64,000 nt of DNA from Candidatus Methylomirabilota bacterium. Its GTDB lineage: Bacteria > Methylomirabilota > Methylomirabilia > Rokubacteriales > CSP1-6. Numbering within the stretch: the first letter of the stretch is position 1; the number at the start of each line of letters is the position of its first letter. Location of the stretch: contig DATAOC010000059.1 in the NCBI GenBank assembly GCA_036265915.1, positions 5-64,004 of the forward strand, read 5' to 3'. Positions 25,994-35,209 of this stretch are shown one piece after another. Under the pieces are notes generated by a model. It searched no databases. It saw nothing but the letters and a program-made list of their open reading frames with translations, and was not told the DNA's origin. Made by a program: the position numbers and the translations under genes.

Positions 25994-26917
25994 ATGAGTG
26001 AACGCGTGAAGGAGATCCTGTCGTGGTACGGGAGCGACAATCCCGGCACATTGACCAATCTGGCGCGGCTGCTCAACAGCGGCACGCTGGCCGGCAGCGG
26101 ACGACTGGTGATCCTCCCCGTCGATCAGGGCGTCGAGCACGGTCCGGCGCGGAGCTTCGCCGTCAATCCTGCCGCGTACGATCCGCGGTATCACTTCGAG
26201 CTCGCCATCGAGGCCGGCTGCAACGCGTACGCCGCGCCGCTCGGGTTCCTGGAAGCCGGCGCGCGCGACTTCGCCGGGCGGGTCCCACTGATCCTGAAGG
26301 TCAATAACCACGACGTCCTGCTCGAGGAGAAGGATCCGAACCAGGCGATCACCGGCTCCGTCCGCGACGCCCTCCGCCTGGGCTGTGTGGCGATCGGCTT
26401 CACCATCTATCCCGGCTCCGAGCACCGGCTGGAGATGTACGAGGAGATCCGCGACATGGCGCTGGAGGCCAAGGCCAACGGTCTCGCGGTCGTGATCTGG
26501 TCGTACCCGCGCGGCTCGGGGCTCAGCAAGGACGGCGAGACGGCGCTCGACGTCACCGCCTACGCCGCCCACATCGCGGCGCAGCTCGGCGCGCACATCA
26601 TCAAGGTGAAGCTGCCGTCGGCGCATCTGGAGCAGGCGGCGGCCAAGAAGGTCTACGAGTCGACGCAGGTTCCGGCCGGCACGCTGGCCGAGCGCGTGCG
26701 TCATGTCGTGCAGGCCGCGTTCAACGGCCGCCGCATCGTCATCTTCTCGGGCGGTGCGGCCACCAAGGACGAGCAGGTCTTCGATGAGGTGCGGGCGATC
26801 CGCGACGGCGGCGGCTTCGGGTCCATCATCGGCCGGAACTCGTTCCAGCGAAAAAAGCCGGACGCGCTGAAGTTCCTGGCGACCGTCATGGGAATCTACG
26901 CCGGCACGCAGAAATAA
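25994..26917 (+). CDS. fbaB: Class I fructose-bisphosphate aldolase (FbaB/DhnA family)
   Basis: The motifs are RLVILPVDQGVEHGP and IIKVKLP (Schiff-base Lys region). A GGAGGAAGGG SD lies upstream of ATG 25994. Confidence 0.8.
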   Translation: MSERVKEILSWYGSDNPGTLTNLARLLNSGTLAGSGRLVILPVDQGVEHGPARSFAVNPAAYDPRYHFELAIEAGCNAYAAPLGFLEAGARDFAGRVPLILKVNNHDVLLEEKDPNQAITGSVRDALRLGCVAIGFTIYPGSEHRLEMYEEIRDMALEAKANGLAVVIWSYPRGSGLSKDGETALDVTAYAAHIAAQLGAHIIKVKLPSAHLEQAAAKKVYESTQVPAGTLAERVRHVVQAAFNGRRIVIFSGGAATKDEQVFDEVRAIRDGGGFGSIIGRNSFQRKKPDALKFLATVMGIYAGTQK

Positions 26918-26918
26918 C

Positions 26919-27890
26919 GTGATCCTCGCGGGGGACGTCGGCGGGACGAAGACGACCCTCGCGCTCTTCGACGGCGAGCGCCTCGTCCGGGAGGCGACGA
27001 TGGCCAGTCGCGGGTTTGCCTCGCTGGAGGCGGCCATCGAGCGCTTCCTGGACGCGGCGCCGCGGCCGACCATCGCCGCCCTCGCCGTCGGCGTCGCCGG
27101 CCCCGTCATCGACGGCCGCAGCACGACCACCAACCTGCCCTGGCACATCGACGAGCGCGTGCTGGCCGCCGCCGTGCCCGTCCCTCGCGTGCGACTCGTC
27201 AACGATCTCGAGGCGGCCGCTCACGGGATGCTGGCCCTCGCCGAGGAGGATTTCCTGACGCTGCAGGCCGGGCGTCGGCAGACCGGCAATCTCGCCGTCA
27301 TCGCGGCCGGCACCGGGCTGGGGGAAGCGCTCGTCGTTGCCGACGGCGAGCGCCACATCGTGATCGCCTCCGAGGGCGGCCACGCGGATTTCGCGCCGCG
27401 CGGCGACCGCCAGGAGGACCTGCTGAGGTTTCTCCGCAAGGAGTTCCAGCGCGTGAGCTACGAGCGGGTGCTGTCGGGGCCGGGCCTGCACAACGTGTAC
27501 CGGTTTCTCCGCGACACCGGCGCCGCGCCGGAGTCGGCGGCGGTCGCCGACGCGCTCAGCCGGCTCGATCCCGGGGCGGTGATCACCGAGCACGCGCTCG
27601 GCGGGACGGACGCCCTCAGCGAGCGGACGGTCGAGATGTTTGCCGAGGTCTACGGAGCGGAAGCGGGCAATCTCGCGCTGAAGGGGCTTGCCGTCGGCGG
27701 CGTGGTCGTCGCCGGCGGCATCGCGCCGCGCATCGCCCCGCTGCTCGCGCGCAGCGGCTTCGTGGCCCACTTTCGCGACAAGGGCCGGCTGTCCCCGTTG
27801 ATGGAGAGCATTCCGGTTCGCATCGCGCTGAACGTCCGGGCGCCGGTGCTGGGCGCCGCGCGTATCGCGCGCGCGCTCCTCACCGGGTGA
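26919..27890 (+). CDS. glk: Glucokinase
   Basis: It has LAGDVGGTKT, VNDLEAAA and GTGLGEA motifs. The GTG start follows the fbaB stop by 1 nt. Confidence 0.85.
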   Translation: MILAGDVGGTKTTLALFDGERLVREATMASRGFASLEAAIERFLDAAPRPTIAALAVGVAGPVIDGRSTTTNLPWHIDERVLAAAVPVPRVRLVNDLEAAAHGMLALAEEDFLTLQAGRRQTGNLAVIAAGTGLGEALVVADGERHIVIASEGGHADFAPRGDRQEDLLRFLRKEFQRVSYERVLSGPGLHNVYRFLRDTGAAPESAAVADALSRLDPGAVITEHALGGTDALSERTVEMFAEVYGAEAGNLALKGLAVGGVVVAGGIAPRIAPLLARSGFVAHFRDKGRLSPLMESIPVRIALNVRAPVLGAARIARALLTG

Positions 27891-27899
27891 GCGTTCGGC

Positions 27900-30587
27900 T
27901 CAGGACGTGGCGGCGGGGACGGGCGCCTCGCCGTCGACGCGCAGCGGCAAGATCACGCTGAAGGTCGTCCCCTTGCCGAGCTCGCTCTGGACGTCGATCG
28001 TCCCGCCGTGGCTCTGCACGATCCCGAGACTGACGGACAGCCCCAGGCCGGTGCCGCTCACCTCGGGCTTCGTCGTGAAGAACGGATCGAAGATCCGATC
28101 CCGGTGCTCGGGCGCGATGCCGGGTCCCGTGTCCTCGAAGTCCACGCGCACGCCGCGACTGTCCGCCGCGGTCCGGACGGTGAGGGAGCCGCCATTGGGC
28201 ATCACGTAGACGGCGTTGTTGATGATGTTGAGGAACACCTGCTTGATGCGTGACACGTCGAGCTCGGCGCCCGGCAGGTCGGGTGCGTACTGCTCGTTGA
28301 CCGTCACGCTGCCGAACGCGCCCTGGCGCCGCACCATCGTGATCACCTGCTCGAGCACCTGGTTGAGGCTCGCCGTCTCCGGCATGAAATCGCGCTGACG
28401 GCTGAATTGCAGCAGGTCGCGGACGATGTCACGAGCGCGCGAGGCCTCGTCCTGGATGAGTGTCAGCTCCTCGCGCATCGGATCCTCGGGCTTGAGGCGC
28501 TCGGCGATGAACGACGCGAAGCCGAGCACCGTGGTGAGCGGATTGTTGATCTCGTGCGCGATGTTGGCGGCGAGCTCACCGATGGCGGCGAGCTTGGTCG
28601 ATTGCACGAGCTGCGCCTGGGTCTGCTTGAGCTCGGTCATCTGCTGCTTGACGCCCGCGTACAGCCGCGAGTTCTCCACCGCGAGCGCGCCCTGCAGCGC
28701 GATGCCTTCGGTGAGTCGCAGCTCCTCGGACGTGAAGCGATGCGCCTCGCGCAGCCAGAGCACCGAGAAGGCACCGATCAGCTCGCCTTTCCAGCGGATG
28801 GGCTGGATGAGGAGCGACTTGTGCTCGATGAGCGGGGTCAGGGCGCCGTCGCTCCACGGCTGCGTCTGCCCGTCGGTGGCGGTCACCGGTGTCGCGAGGC
28901 CGCCGACTTTCGCCAGGAACGGATCGTCGACCCTCAAGGTGGCGGCCTCCGCCTTGCCCAGCAGATCCTTCGGGACGTGGTAGCCGACGAGCGGCACGTA
29001 GCGGTCGCGCGTCGGCGTCAGCAGCCACGCCATGCCGGTGTCGGCGCCGAGCGCGCGCACCATCTCGCGGGTCGTGCGGCGAAGCACCTCGGTGAGGTCG
29101 AGGGTCGATCCAACGGCCTGACTCACGGACACGAGCGTCTCGGTGTGACGCAGTCGCAGCTCTGTCTCCTCATGCAGCCGGGCGTTGCGAATGCCGACGG
29201 CCGCCGAGGTTCCGAGCGCCTGCGCGAGTGCGACCTCCTCCTGCTGGAACTCACGACGCTGCCGGCTCCAGCAGAGCAGCACGCCGATCGGGGTGCTGTC
29301 CAAAACGAGGGGGACGCCGACGAAGGAGACGAGACCTTCGGCCTGTGCCCACTCGCGCTCGCGGAAGCGCGGGTCCACCAATAGATCCGGCAGCACCAGC
29401 GGCGCGAGGTGCTCCATCAGCCAGCCGACGGCGCCCTCGCCGGCGGCGAAGCGCATACGCGCGAGCGCCGGCTTCCCGGCGAGGCCCGACTGCGCGGCCA
29501 GCCGGTATTCCGTGTCGGCCTCGTGCAGCCAGATGCGCACGACGTCGACGCCGAGCCGGGTACGCACGAGCTCGGTGAAGCGCTGCAGCACCTCGCGGAC
29601 GTGCAGTGAGCCGGCCAGCAGGTGCCCCGCCTCCACCAGGCTCTCCTGCTCGGCCGCGCGGCGGACGACGCCCTCGTAGAGGCGGGAGTTCTCGACGGCG
29701 ATCGCGACCTGGTTGGCCACGATGTTCAGCAGCTGCTCCTCATCCGCCTTGGCGCCCGGCGGCAGCACGAGGCGCGCGGTCATCTGCCCGAGTGGTCGTC
29801 CGCGGACGGCGAGCGGCAGCCGCCACTCCGTCTCGCTCCAGTCTTCCGCCGGGGCCACTCGCGTGCCCGCCAGCACGCTGCGCGGCCGATCGGCGATGGA
29901 CTCGGCGGTGACCTCCACGTGGACGTCGCTGTCGAGCATGTCGACGGCCATGAACGTCGTGCCCAGGGCGCGGCCGAGGTTCGGCAGGAGCTGCTCGAGC
30001 ATGGCGCGGACGCCCACCTCGGACGTGATGTCCTGGACCGAGCGATGGAGATCGGCGAGCTGGCCTGCGCGCCGGACGAAATGCTGGTTCAGCCGCTTGA
30101 GCTCCTCCACCTGGTTGACGAGCCGGTACACGAGTCGCTGGTTCAGCTCGCGCAGATAGACGCTCTGCTCCTTCTCCTCCACCCGCTCGCGCTTGCCCTG
30201 CATGAATTCGGCGACCTGGCGCGGAAACGCGTCGACGTCGATCGGCTTCTGAATGTAGCCGTCGCAGCCGGCCACCAGCGTCCGCTGACGGTCGCCCTCC
30301 ATCGCATAGGCAGTGACGGCGATGACCGGGGTCGTCGCGAACGCCGGGAACGATTTGATGATGGCCACGACCTCGTACCCGTCGACCGCGGGCAGGTTCA
30401 CGTCGAGCAGGATCAGCGCGGGCTCCTCCCGGACGGCGGCCTCGATGCCCGAGAGGCCGTCCTCGGCATCGATGACCGTGTAGCCCTCGGCCTCCAGGAC
30501 CGCGCGCACGAGCATGCGATTTTCGCGGTTGTCCTCGACGTGGAGGATCTTGGCGCGACTGCCGTCCCTGCGCACCGGTGCGGGCAT
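27900..30587 (-). CDS. Hybrid sensor kinase: N-terminal receiver, coiled coil, two GAF domains, HisKA and HATPase_c
   Basis: The REC domain has ILLDVNLPAVDG. The H-box is IAHEINNPL. N, G1 and G2 boxes are present (NIINNAVY, DTGPGI, GTGLGL). Confidence 0.85.
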   Translation of the reverse strand: MPAPVRRDGSRAKILHVEDNRENRMLVRAVLEAEGYTVIDAEDGLSGIEAAVREEPALILLDVNLPAVDGYEVVAIIKSFPAFATTPVIAVTAYAMEGDRQRTLVAGCDGYIQKPIDVDAFPRQVAEFMQGKRERVEEKEQSVYLRELNQRLVYRLVNQVEELKRLNQHFVRRAGQLADLHRSVQDITSEVGVRAMLEQLLPNLGRALGTTFMAVDMLDSDVHVEVTAESIADRPRSVLAGTRVAPAEDWSETEWRLPLAVRGRPLGQMTARLVLPPGAKADEEQLLNIVANQVAIAVENSRLYEGVVRRAAEQESLVEAGHLLAGSLHVREVLQRFTELVRTRLGVDVVRIWLHEADTEYRLAAQSGLAGKPALARMRFAAGEGAVGWLMEHLAPLVLPDLLVDPRFREREWAQAEGLVSFVGVPLVLDSTPIGVLLCWSRQRREFQQEEVALAQALGTSAAVGIRNARLHEETELRLRHTETLVSVSQAVGSTLDLTEVLRRTTREMVRALGADTGMAWLLTPTRDRYVPLVGYHVPKDLLGKAEAATLRVDDPFLAKVGGLATPVTATDGQTQPWSDGALTPLIEHKSLLIQPIRWKGELIGAFSVLWLREAHRFTSEELRLTEGIALQGALAVENSRLYAGVKQQMTELKQTQAQLVQSTKLAAIGELAANIAHEINNPLTTVLGFASFIAERLKPEDPMREELTLIQDEASRARDIVRDLLQFSRQRDFMPETASLNQVLEQVITMVRRQGAFGSVTVNEQYAPDLPGAELDVSRIKQVFLNIINNAVYVMPNGGSLTVRTAADSRGVRVDFEDTGPGIAPEHRDRIFDPFFTTKPEVSGTGLGLSVSLGIVQSHGGTIDVQSELGKGTTFSVILPLRVDGEAPVPAATS

Positions 30588-30599
30588 GGAGTGTTCCTT

Positions 30600-32744
30600 C
30601 TATGACGCCGCCGCGGTCAGCGGCAGCGTGAAGTGAAACGTCGAGCCCTGGTTCTCCCGGCTTTCCGCCCAGATGCGGCCCCGGTGAAGCTCGACGAACT
30701 TCTTGCTGATGGCCAGGCCCAGCCCCGTTCCGTCTGCTTGCTGTGCCAGCGGGTTGTCGAGCCGCTGGAAGGGCTCGAACAGCCGCGCGAGGTCGGACGG
30801 GGCGATGCCGATGCCGGTGTCCGCCACCGACACGTGAAGCGCGTCCGGCTCGCGCCGTACCTGGACGAGCACGCGGCCGGCCGCGGTGAACTTGATCGCG
30901 TTCGAGACGAGGTTCAGCAGCACCTGCCTGACGCGCGTGCGATCCGCGTAGACGTCCGGGAGGTCGACGGGGACATCCTTCTCCACCTTCACGCGCTTCT
31001 CGCGCACGAGCGGCAGCGACGACTCGATGCATTCATCGACGATGGCATGCAGGCTGACCTTCTCCGGCCGCATCTCGAACTTGCCGGCCTCGATCCGCGA
31101 GAAGTCCAGGATGCCGTTGATGAGCTCCAGGAGGTGACGGCTGGAGTTGTGCACCGACCGCACGTAGGCCTCCTGGCGCTCGGTGAGCTCACCGTCCAGC
31201 CGGTTCAGCAGCACCTTCGAGAAGCCGATGATCGAGTTCAGCGGCGTCCGCAGCTCGTGCGACATGTTGGCCAGGAACTGCGACTTCAGGCGACTGGCCT
31301 CCATCAGCCGGACGTTCGACGTCGACAGGCCCTCGTACAGCCTCGCGTTTTCCAGCGAGATGGCGGCCTGGTTGGCGAGCAGCGAGAGAACGTCGAGCTC
31401 CTGCGCGTCGAAGATCTCCCCGGACAGCTTCTCGCCGAGGAGGAGGATGCCGTTCAGCTTGTTGTCGATCCGCAGCGGCACGATGAGCGACGCCTTGACG
31501 GCTTCGAGCTCGCCCTCCGCCGCCTCGAAATATCGGGCGATGCGCGGATTGAGCTTGACCTCTTCCTTGACGAGCAGCCCTTCGTTGTCCGTGAGCCACT
31601 GGACGATCGGATTGTCGACGCGGATGGAATCCAGCCCGGAGCCCTCGTCGAGCGTCGTCTCCTCGCGGTAGTTCACGAACATGTTCGTGGCGGCATCGTG
31701 AATCATCAGGCCGGCATGCGTCACCGGGATTCCGCGCACGAGACCGTGCACGAGCGTGTCGACGAGCTCGTTGAAATTGAGGATGCCGCTCATGCGCTTG
31801 CTGAGCGACAGGAGAGTCTCGTAGCAGCCCTGCCGCTTGCTGAACATGACGCGGTGGATCCGGTCTTCGAGGAGCTGGCCCCACGGCGACAGCAGCACGG
31901 TCACCATGAAGCCCAGCGGCACCACCACCCAGATCGTGTCGATGTCGCTGAGGTTGAAGTAGTTCTCGATCGTCCGCGTCACCGCGTACAGCACGGCCGT
32001 GATGACGGCTCCCACCACGCCGTACACCGCGGCCTTCTTCACGGCGAGGTCGACCGCGAACAGCCGGTAGCGAACGATCGATGTTCCGAGCATCAAGGCG
32101 AAGATCATGTTGGCGGGGATGCCGATCGGGTACAGCTGGTCGGCGACGGGGATGTACTTGGCCACCATGAACCGCGCGAAGTCGATGACACCGCCGGCGA
32201 GACTGACCAGCGTGCCCAGCAGAATGAGCGTCCCGCGGTTGCGGCGGAAGCTCGAATCGGCGCCGTGCTCGGCCGTCACCATGAGGCGGAGGCCGTAGAT
32301 CATGAAGGTGTTGAACGCCAGGAAGAACGGGATGTAGAGCGGCCCGGTGGCCGGCGCCCAGCCCCAGTACGTCCACACCACGCCCTTCATGAAGAGCGGG
32401 GTGCCGCTGAGGTTCACGACGGTGTAGAGGAACGAGACGCCATATGCGAGCACCAGCGAGGGGCGATGGCGCGTGGTGGCGTCCAGGAAGATCAGGACGA
32501 AGTGATAGTGGAAGGCGGGGACGAGCAGCACGCCGACGTGGATGACGAACTCGGCGAACATCGCCGCGCTGGCGTCCGGGGCGGAGCGCAGCATGAAGAC
32601 CCCGATGTTCCAGAGCGCGATGGCGGAGGCAAAGTAGGCGAAGACGCGATTGAGTCGGCTGCCCGGGTTCCTGAGCAGGGACAGCGCGGCCAGGGTGACG
32701 TTCAGGAAGAAGGCGAAGAGTGGAAGAAGACTATGCGGGCTCAA
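30600..32744 (-). CDS. Sensor histidine kinase with N-terminal 7TM sensor region, GAF, HisKA and HATPase_c
   Basis: The 7TM N-terminus reads LFAFFLNVTLAALSLLRNP..NRVF. The H-box is MSHELRTPLNSIIGF, and DTGIGI and GTGLGL boxes are present. Confidence 0.85.
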   Translation of the reverse strand: MSPHSLLPLFAFFLNVTLAALSLLRNPGSRLNRVFAYFASAIALWNIGVFMLRSAPDASAAMFAEFVIHVGVLLVPAFHYHFVLIFLDATTRHRPSLVLAYGVSFLYTVVNLSGTPLFMKGVVWTYWGWAPATGPLYIPFFLAFNTFMIYGLRLMVTAEHGADSSFRRNRGTLILLGTLVSLAGGVIDFARFMVAKYIPVADQLYPIGIPANMIFALMLGTSIVRYRLFAVDLAVKKAAVYGVVGAVITAVLYAVTRTIENYFNLSDIDTIWVVVPLGFMVTVLLSPWGQLLEDRIHRVMFSKRQGCYETLLSLSKRMSGILNFNELVDTLVHGLVRGIPVTHAGLMIHDAATNMFVNYREETTLDEGSGLDSIRVDNPIVQWLTDNEGLLVKEEVKLNPRIARYFEAAEGELEAVKASLIVPLRIDNKLNGILLLGEKLSGEIFDAQELDVLSLLANQAAISLENARLYEGLSTSNVRLMEASRLKSQFLANMSHELRTPLNSIIGFSKVLLNRLDGELTERQEAYVRSVHNSSRHLLELINGILDFSRIEAGKFEMRPEKVSLHAIVDECIESSLPLVREKRVKVEKDVPVDLPDVYADRTRVRQVLLNLVSNAIKFTAAGRVLVQVRREPDALHVSVADTGIGIAPSDLARLFEPFQRLDNPLAQQADGTGLGLAISKKFVELHRGRIWAESRENQGSTFHFTLPLTAAAS

Positions 32745-33411
32745 TGACGTTCCGCTCGGAGTCCTCGGGGAGAGGAAGCGCGACGACGTCGCGCCGGCGC
32801 ACCGCGGCGATCTCCTCGCCGAGGATGCCGAAGACGACCACGTCCCAGTACCGGGAGCCGTCGTACCCCGCCTGCCGCAGCACGCCTTCCTGGTGAAAGC
32901 CGTTCCGCCGCAGCGAGTTCATGCTCAGGACGTTGTACTCGTAGACCTTGGCCTCGAGTCGCCGGAGCCCCAGCACGTCGACGCCATAGTACGAGATGAG
33001 CTTGCCCGCCTCGACGCCGAAGCCCCGACGGATGGCGCGCGAGTCCGCGATGATCGTCTCGAGAAAGGCGTAGCCCTCGAGCATGTGGATGTTGAAGAGC
33101 CGCACGAGCCCTACCGGCTTCGCGAAACCGCCGATGCAGGCCTCCACCATCAGCACGACCTGGCTCGGGTCATTCAGCACCGCGTCGTAAAAGCCGGCGC
33201 CCTTGTCCCAGTCGTGCTTGAACGCGTGGAGGAACTCGCTGCCGACCATGCGCTCGATGAAGGGGTCGTCGACCCAGCTCGCGAGGTGGTCGAGGTCGCG
33301 AGGCGTGAAGGTCCGCAGGTAGACGCGGAGGCCGCGGGCGATGACAACGTGGTCAGCGCGCACTCGCGCGCGCGGCGGGGCCTCCGCCGGGCGGCGCTGC
33401 GTCGTGATCAT
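32731..33411 (-). CDS. GNAT family N-acetyltransferase (RimJ/RimL-like)
   Basis: It has an acetyl-CoA binding-type segment RRGFGVEAGKLISYYGVDVLGLRRLEAKVYEYN..S..L.RNGF. The gene overlaps the kinase start by 14 nt. Confidence 0.6.
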   Translation of the reverse strand: MITTQRRPAEAPPRARVRADHVVIARGLRVYLRTFTPRDLDHLASWVDDPFIERMVGSEFLHAFKHDWDKGAGFYDAVLNDPSQVVLMVEACIGGFAKPVGLVRLFNIHMLEGYAFLETIIADSRAIRRGFGVEAGKLISYYGVDVLGLRRLEAKVYEYNVLSMNSLRRNGFHQEGVLRQAGYDGSRYWDVVVFGILGEEIAAVRRRDVVALPLPEDSERNVIEPA

Positions 33412-33464
33412 GATCGGATGCGCCTCGTGCGCTGCACCGCGCTGATCACCTCACATGAGGTTCG

Positions 33465-33491
33465 CGCGCGGGCGGTGGGGCCGCCCGCGCG
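33465..33491 (-). terminator. Strong GC hairpin downstream of the secreted-protein gene
   Basis: Perfect 10-11 bp stem GCGCGGGCGG (33466-33475) / CCGCCCGCGC (33481-33490) with a 5 nt loop. There is no U-tract. Confidence 0.45.
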
Positions 33492-33538
33492 TCTGGCGCT
33501 GCATTCGTTCTCCGCGCCGGCAGTCCGGCCGTCGGCCG

Positions 33539-34210
33539 CTAGAACGTGATCTCGAATCTCACCGTGGGATAGCCGAGCGCCTTCTCGTCGTCCCGCACCT
33601 TCTCCCACGAGTAATCGTCGAGCAGGTAGAGCGGCTGCAGGCACGCCGCCGGCGGCTCGCTCGAGGCGCGGCAGTACGCGGCCATGCTCGGATCCGCGAT
33701 CGGAGCCGTCGGGAGCCGGAACGTGCCGGTGAACGGAACGCGGTCGCCGCGGTCCAGCGCCATCGTCCCGTGCACGTATCCCAGCGGCACCGAGTGGAGG
33801 ATGGCCGGGCTGAAATCCATGCGTCCCGAGAATGCGCCCTTCGCGACCACGACTTCCGGGCTGTCGAATGGATTGACGTCCTGCACGACCACCGTGAACG
33901 TGCCGCCGAAGTGGCCGCGGCCGGTCTTCAGGTTGATGTTGTCCGCGCCCGTCGCATTCAGCGTGCAGAATCCGGCGCCGGGATTGACCTTCGCCACCAG
34001 GTCCGCCGGGCAGAGCGGTGAGCCGACCAGCGCATAGCCCATCAGCTCGGACGTCGCTCGCCGCGCCGGAGATCTCCACGCGGTGATCGTCATGTTCTCG
34101 GTGAGCTCGTAGAGCCACGCCTGCGGTTTCTCTCCGGCGTAGCCGGGAGTCACGCCTGCAACCGTCGCGAGAAGTAGCGCGGCTACCGCGGCCTTTATCG
34201 ACGTCTTCAT
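33539..34210 (-). CDS. Secreted hypothetical protein (four Cys, C-terminal ...VRFEITF)
   Basis: A GGGAGGG SD lies upstream of ATG 34210. The signal peptide is MKTSIKAAVAALLLATVAGVTPGYAG. I recognise no family. A predicted sigma-54 promoter lies 41 nt upstream. Confidence 0.65.
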   Translation of the reverse strand: MKTSIKAAVAALLLATVAGVTPGYAGEKPQAWLYELTENMTITAWRSPARRATSELMGYALVGSPLCPADLVAKVNPGAGFCTLNATGADNINLKTGRGHFGGTFTVVVQDVNPFDSPEVVVAKGAFSGRMDFSPAILHSVPLGYVHGTMALDRGDRVPFTGTFRLPTAPIADPSMAAYCRASSEPPAACLQPLYLLDDYSWEKVRDDEKALGYPTVRFEITF

Positions 34211-34258
34211 CGAACGCCCTCCCACACTGAGATCCCGCTGGTGCGGGATGCCCAGTGC

Positions 34259-34278
34259 AGAGCAAGGCGGGTACCAAA
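34259..34278 (-). promoter_or_regulatory. Sigma-54 promoter P2 (TTTGGTACCCGCCTTGCTCT)
   Basis: The minus-strand sequence matches TGGCAC-N5-TTGCW at the invariant GG (-24) and GC (-12) with exact spacing. It is 19/20 identical to the element at 40145..40164. A 7 bp stem hairpin (34232-34249) sits at the predicted transcript start. Confidence 0.7.
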
Positions 34279-34435
34279 GCTGCGGATGGTTCGTAAGCTT
34301 CTGAATCAGCAGATAATTCCGACGCTGCGAGCTCGCCGGAGGGACGGCCGGCTGGTTGATTCATGATCGAATCGTCGGTGCACGGCGGCATCGGTCGGCC
34401 GGTATCTGACCAGCGCCCGACGGCTTGCGGTTGAC

Positions 34436-35209
34436 TCACGTGCGGCTGCGGACCCACGCCAGCCGGCTGATCCCGGCCAGGAAGGTCTCCCGCGAATCGA
34501 GGATTTCGAAGCCGGCTGCGCCGAGTGCCCCGTGAAACGACGTCTCGCTGAGGTAGCGGCGGTCGACGTGCCGCAGCATTTCGAACAGGGCCGTGGGCAG
34601 CAGCCAGCGCAGCGAGCGGAACGCCTGTCCGATCCCTTTGCTTGCCCGCACGTCAGCGAATGTCTGTGCCACGTGGGCGGGCCGCGAATAGGTCAGGAAG
34701 ACGGCGTGTCCCCCCGGCTTCAGCAGCCGGCGGCAGGCCGCAATCACGGCGTCGGGCCGGGGGTGCCAGTACAGCGTATGCATGCTGACGATGACGTCGT
34801 AGCGCGCCGTCTTCGAGGCGGCCGCGCTTGCGACATCGGCGTGCTCGAAGCGCAAGGAGGCGGTCGGCTCGTGCCGGCGCCGCGCGACGTCGATGAGGTG
34901 CGCGACCACGTCGATCCCGGTCACGTCGTAGCCGCGCGCGGCGAGTCGGGCCGCCACGGTTCCGACGCCGCAGGAGACGTCGAGCACCGCCGGCGGCGGT
35001 CCCGAGGGCTTCGGCCGCGCGGAGCGGTCGACATACGCGAATACCTCGTCGAGCAGGGCTTCGTAGGGCGGAAACCCGGAAACGACCGCGTCGTACGTGA
35101 GACCGTAGCCCATGGCGAGCAGCCGCTCGGAGCGGTGCATGAGCGCGCGCGGCCCACCGGTGGCGATCTCGGGGTCGACGATGTCGCGCCGGGCCGCGTT
35201 GCCGCTCAT
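34436..35209 (-). CDS. Class I SAM-dependent methyltransferase (second of a tandem pair)
   Basis: It has SAM motif I (VLDVSCGVGT), post-I (DVTGID) and a LLKPGGHAVF motif. The ATG shares 1 nt with the upstream TGA (TGATG). Confidence 0.8.
   Translation of the reverse strand: MSGNAARRDIVDPEIATGGPRALMHRSERLLAMGYGLTYDAVVSGFPPYEALLDEVFAYVDRSARPKPSGPPPAVLDVSCGVGTVAARLAARGYDVTGIDVVAHLIDVARRRHEPTASLRFEHADVASAAASKTARYDVIVSMHTLYWHPRPDAVIAACRRLLKPGGHAVFLTYSRPAHVAQTFADVRASKGIGQAFRSLRWLLPTALFEMLRHVDRRYLSETSFHGALGAAGFEILDSRETFLAGISRLAWVRSRT

Noticed and set aside
30633-32747. Very long ORFs antisense to well-supported genes. Examples are 30633..32747 (+, 704 aa), 45565..47454 (-, 629 aa), 52805..55234 (+, 809 aa), 10189..11760 (-, 523 aa), and the upstream parts of 15977..18313 and 3423..5162.
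   Set aside because: Their products are Arg/Pro/Ala/Gly-rich with no recognisable motifs. They overlap genes with clear family signatures on the other strand. The absence of stop codons is expected in very GC-rich DNA.
34365-34372. A shared 8-mer, GATCGAAT / ATTCGATC, upstream of both sigma-54 promoters (34365-34372 and 40202-40209) as the common activator site.
   Set aside because: It is too short, lies at different distances and in different orientations relative to the promoters, and the flanks do not align.
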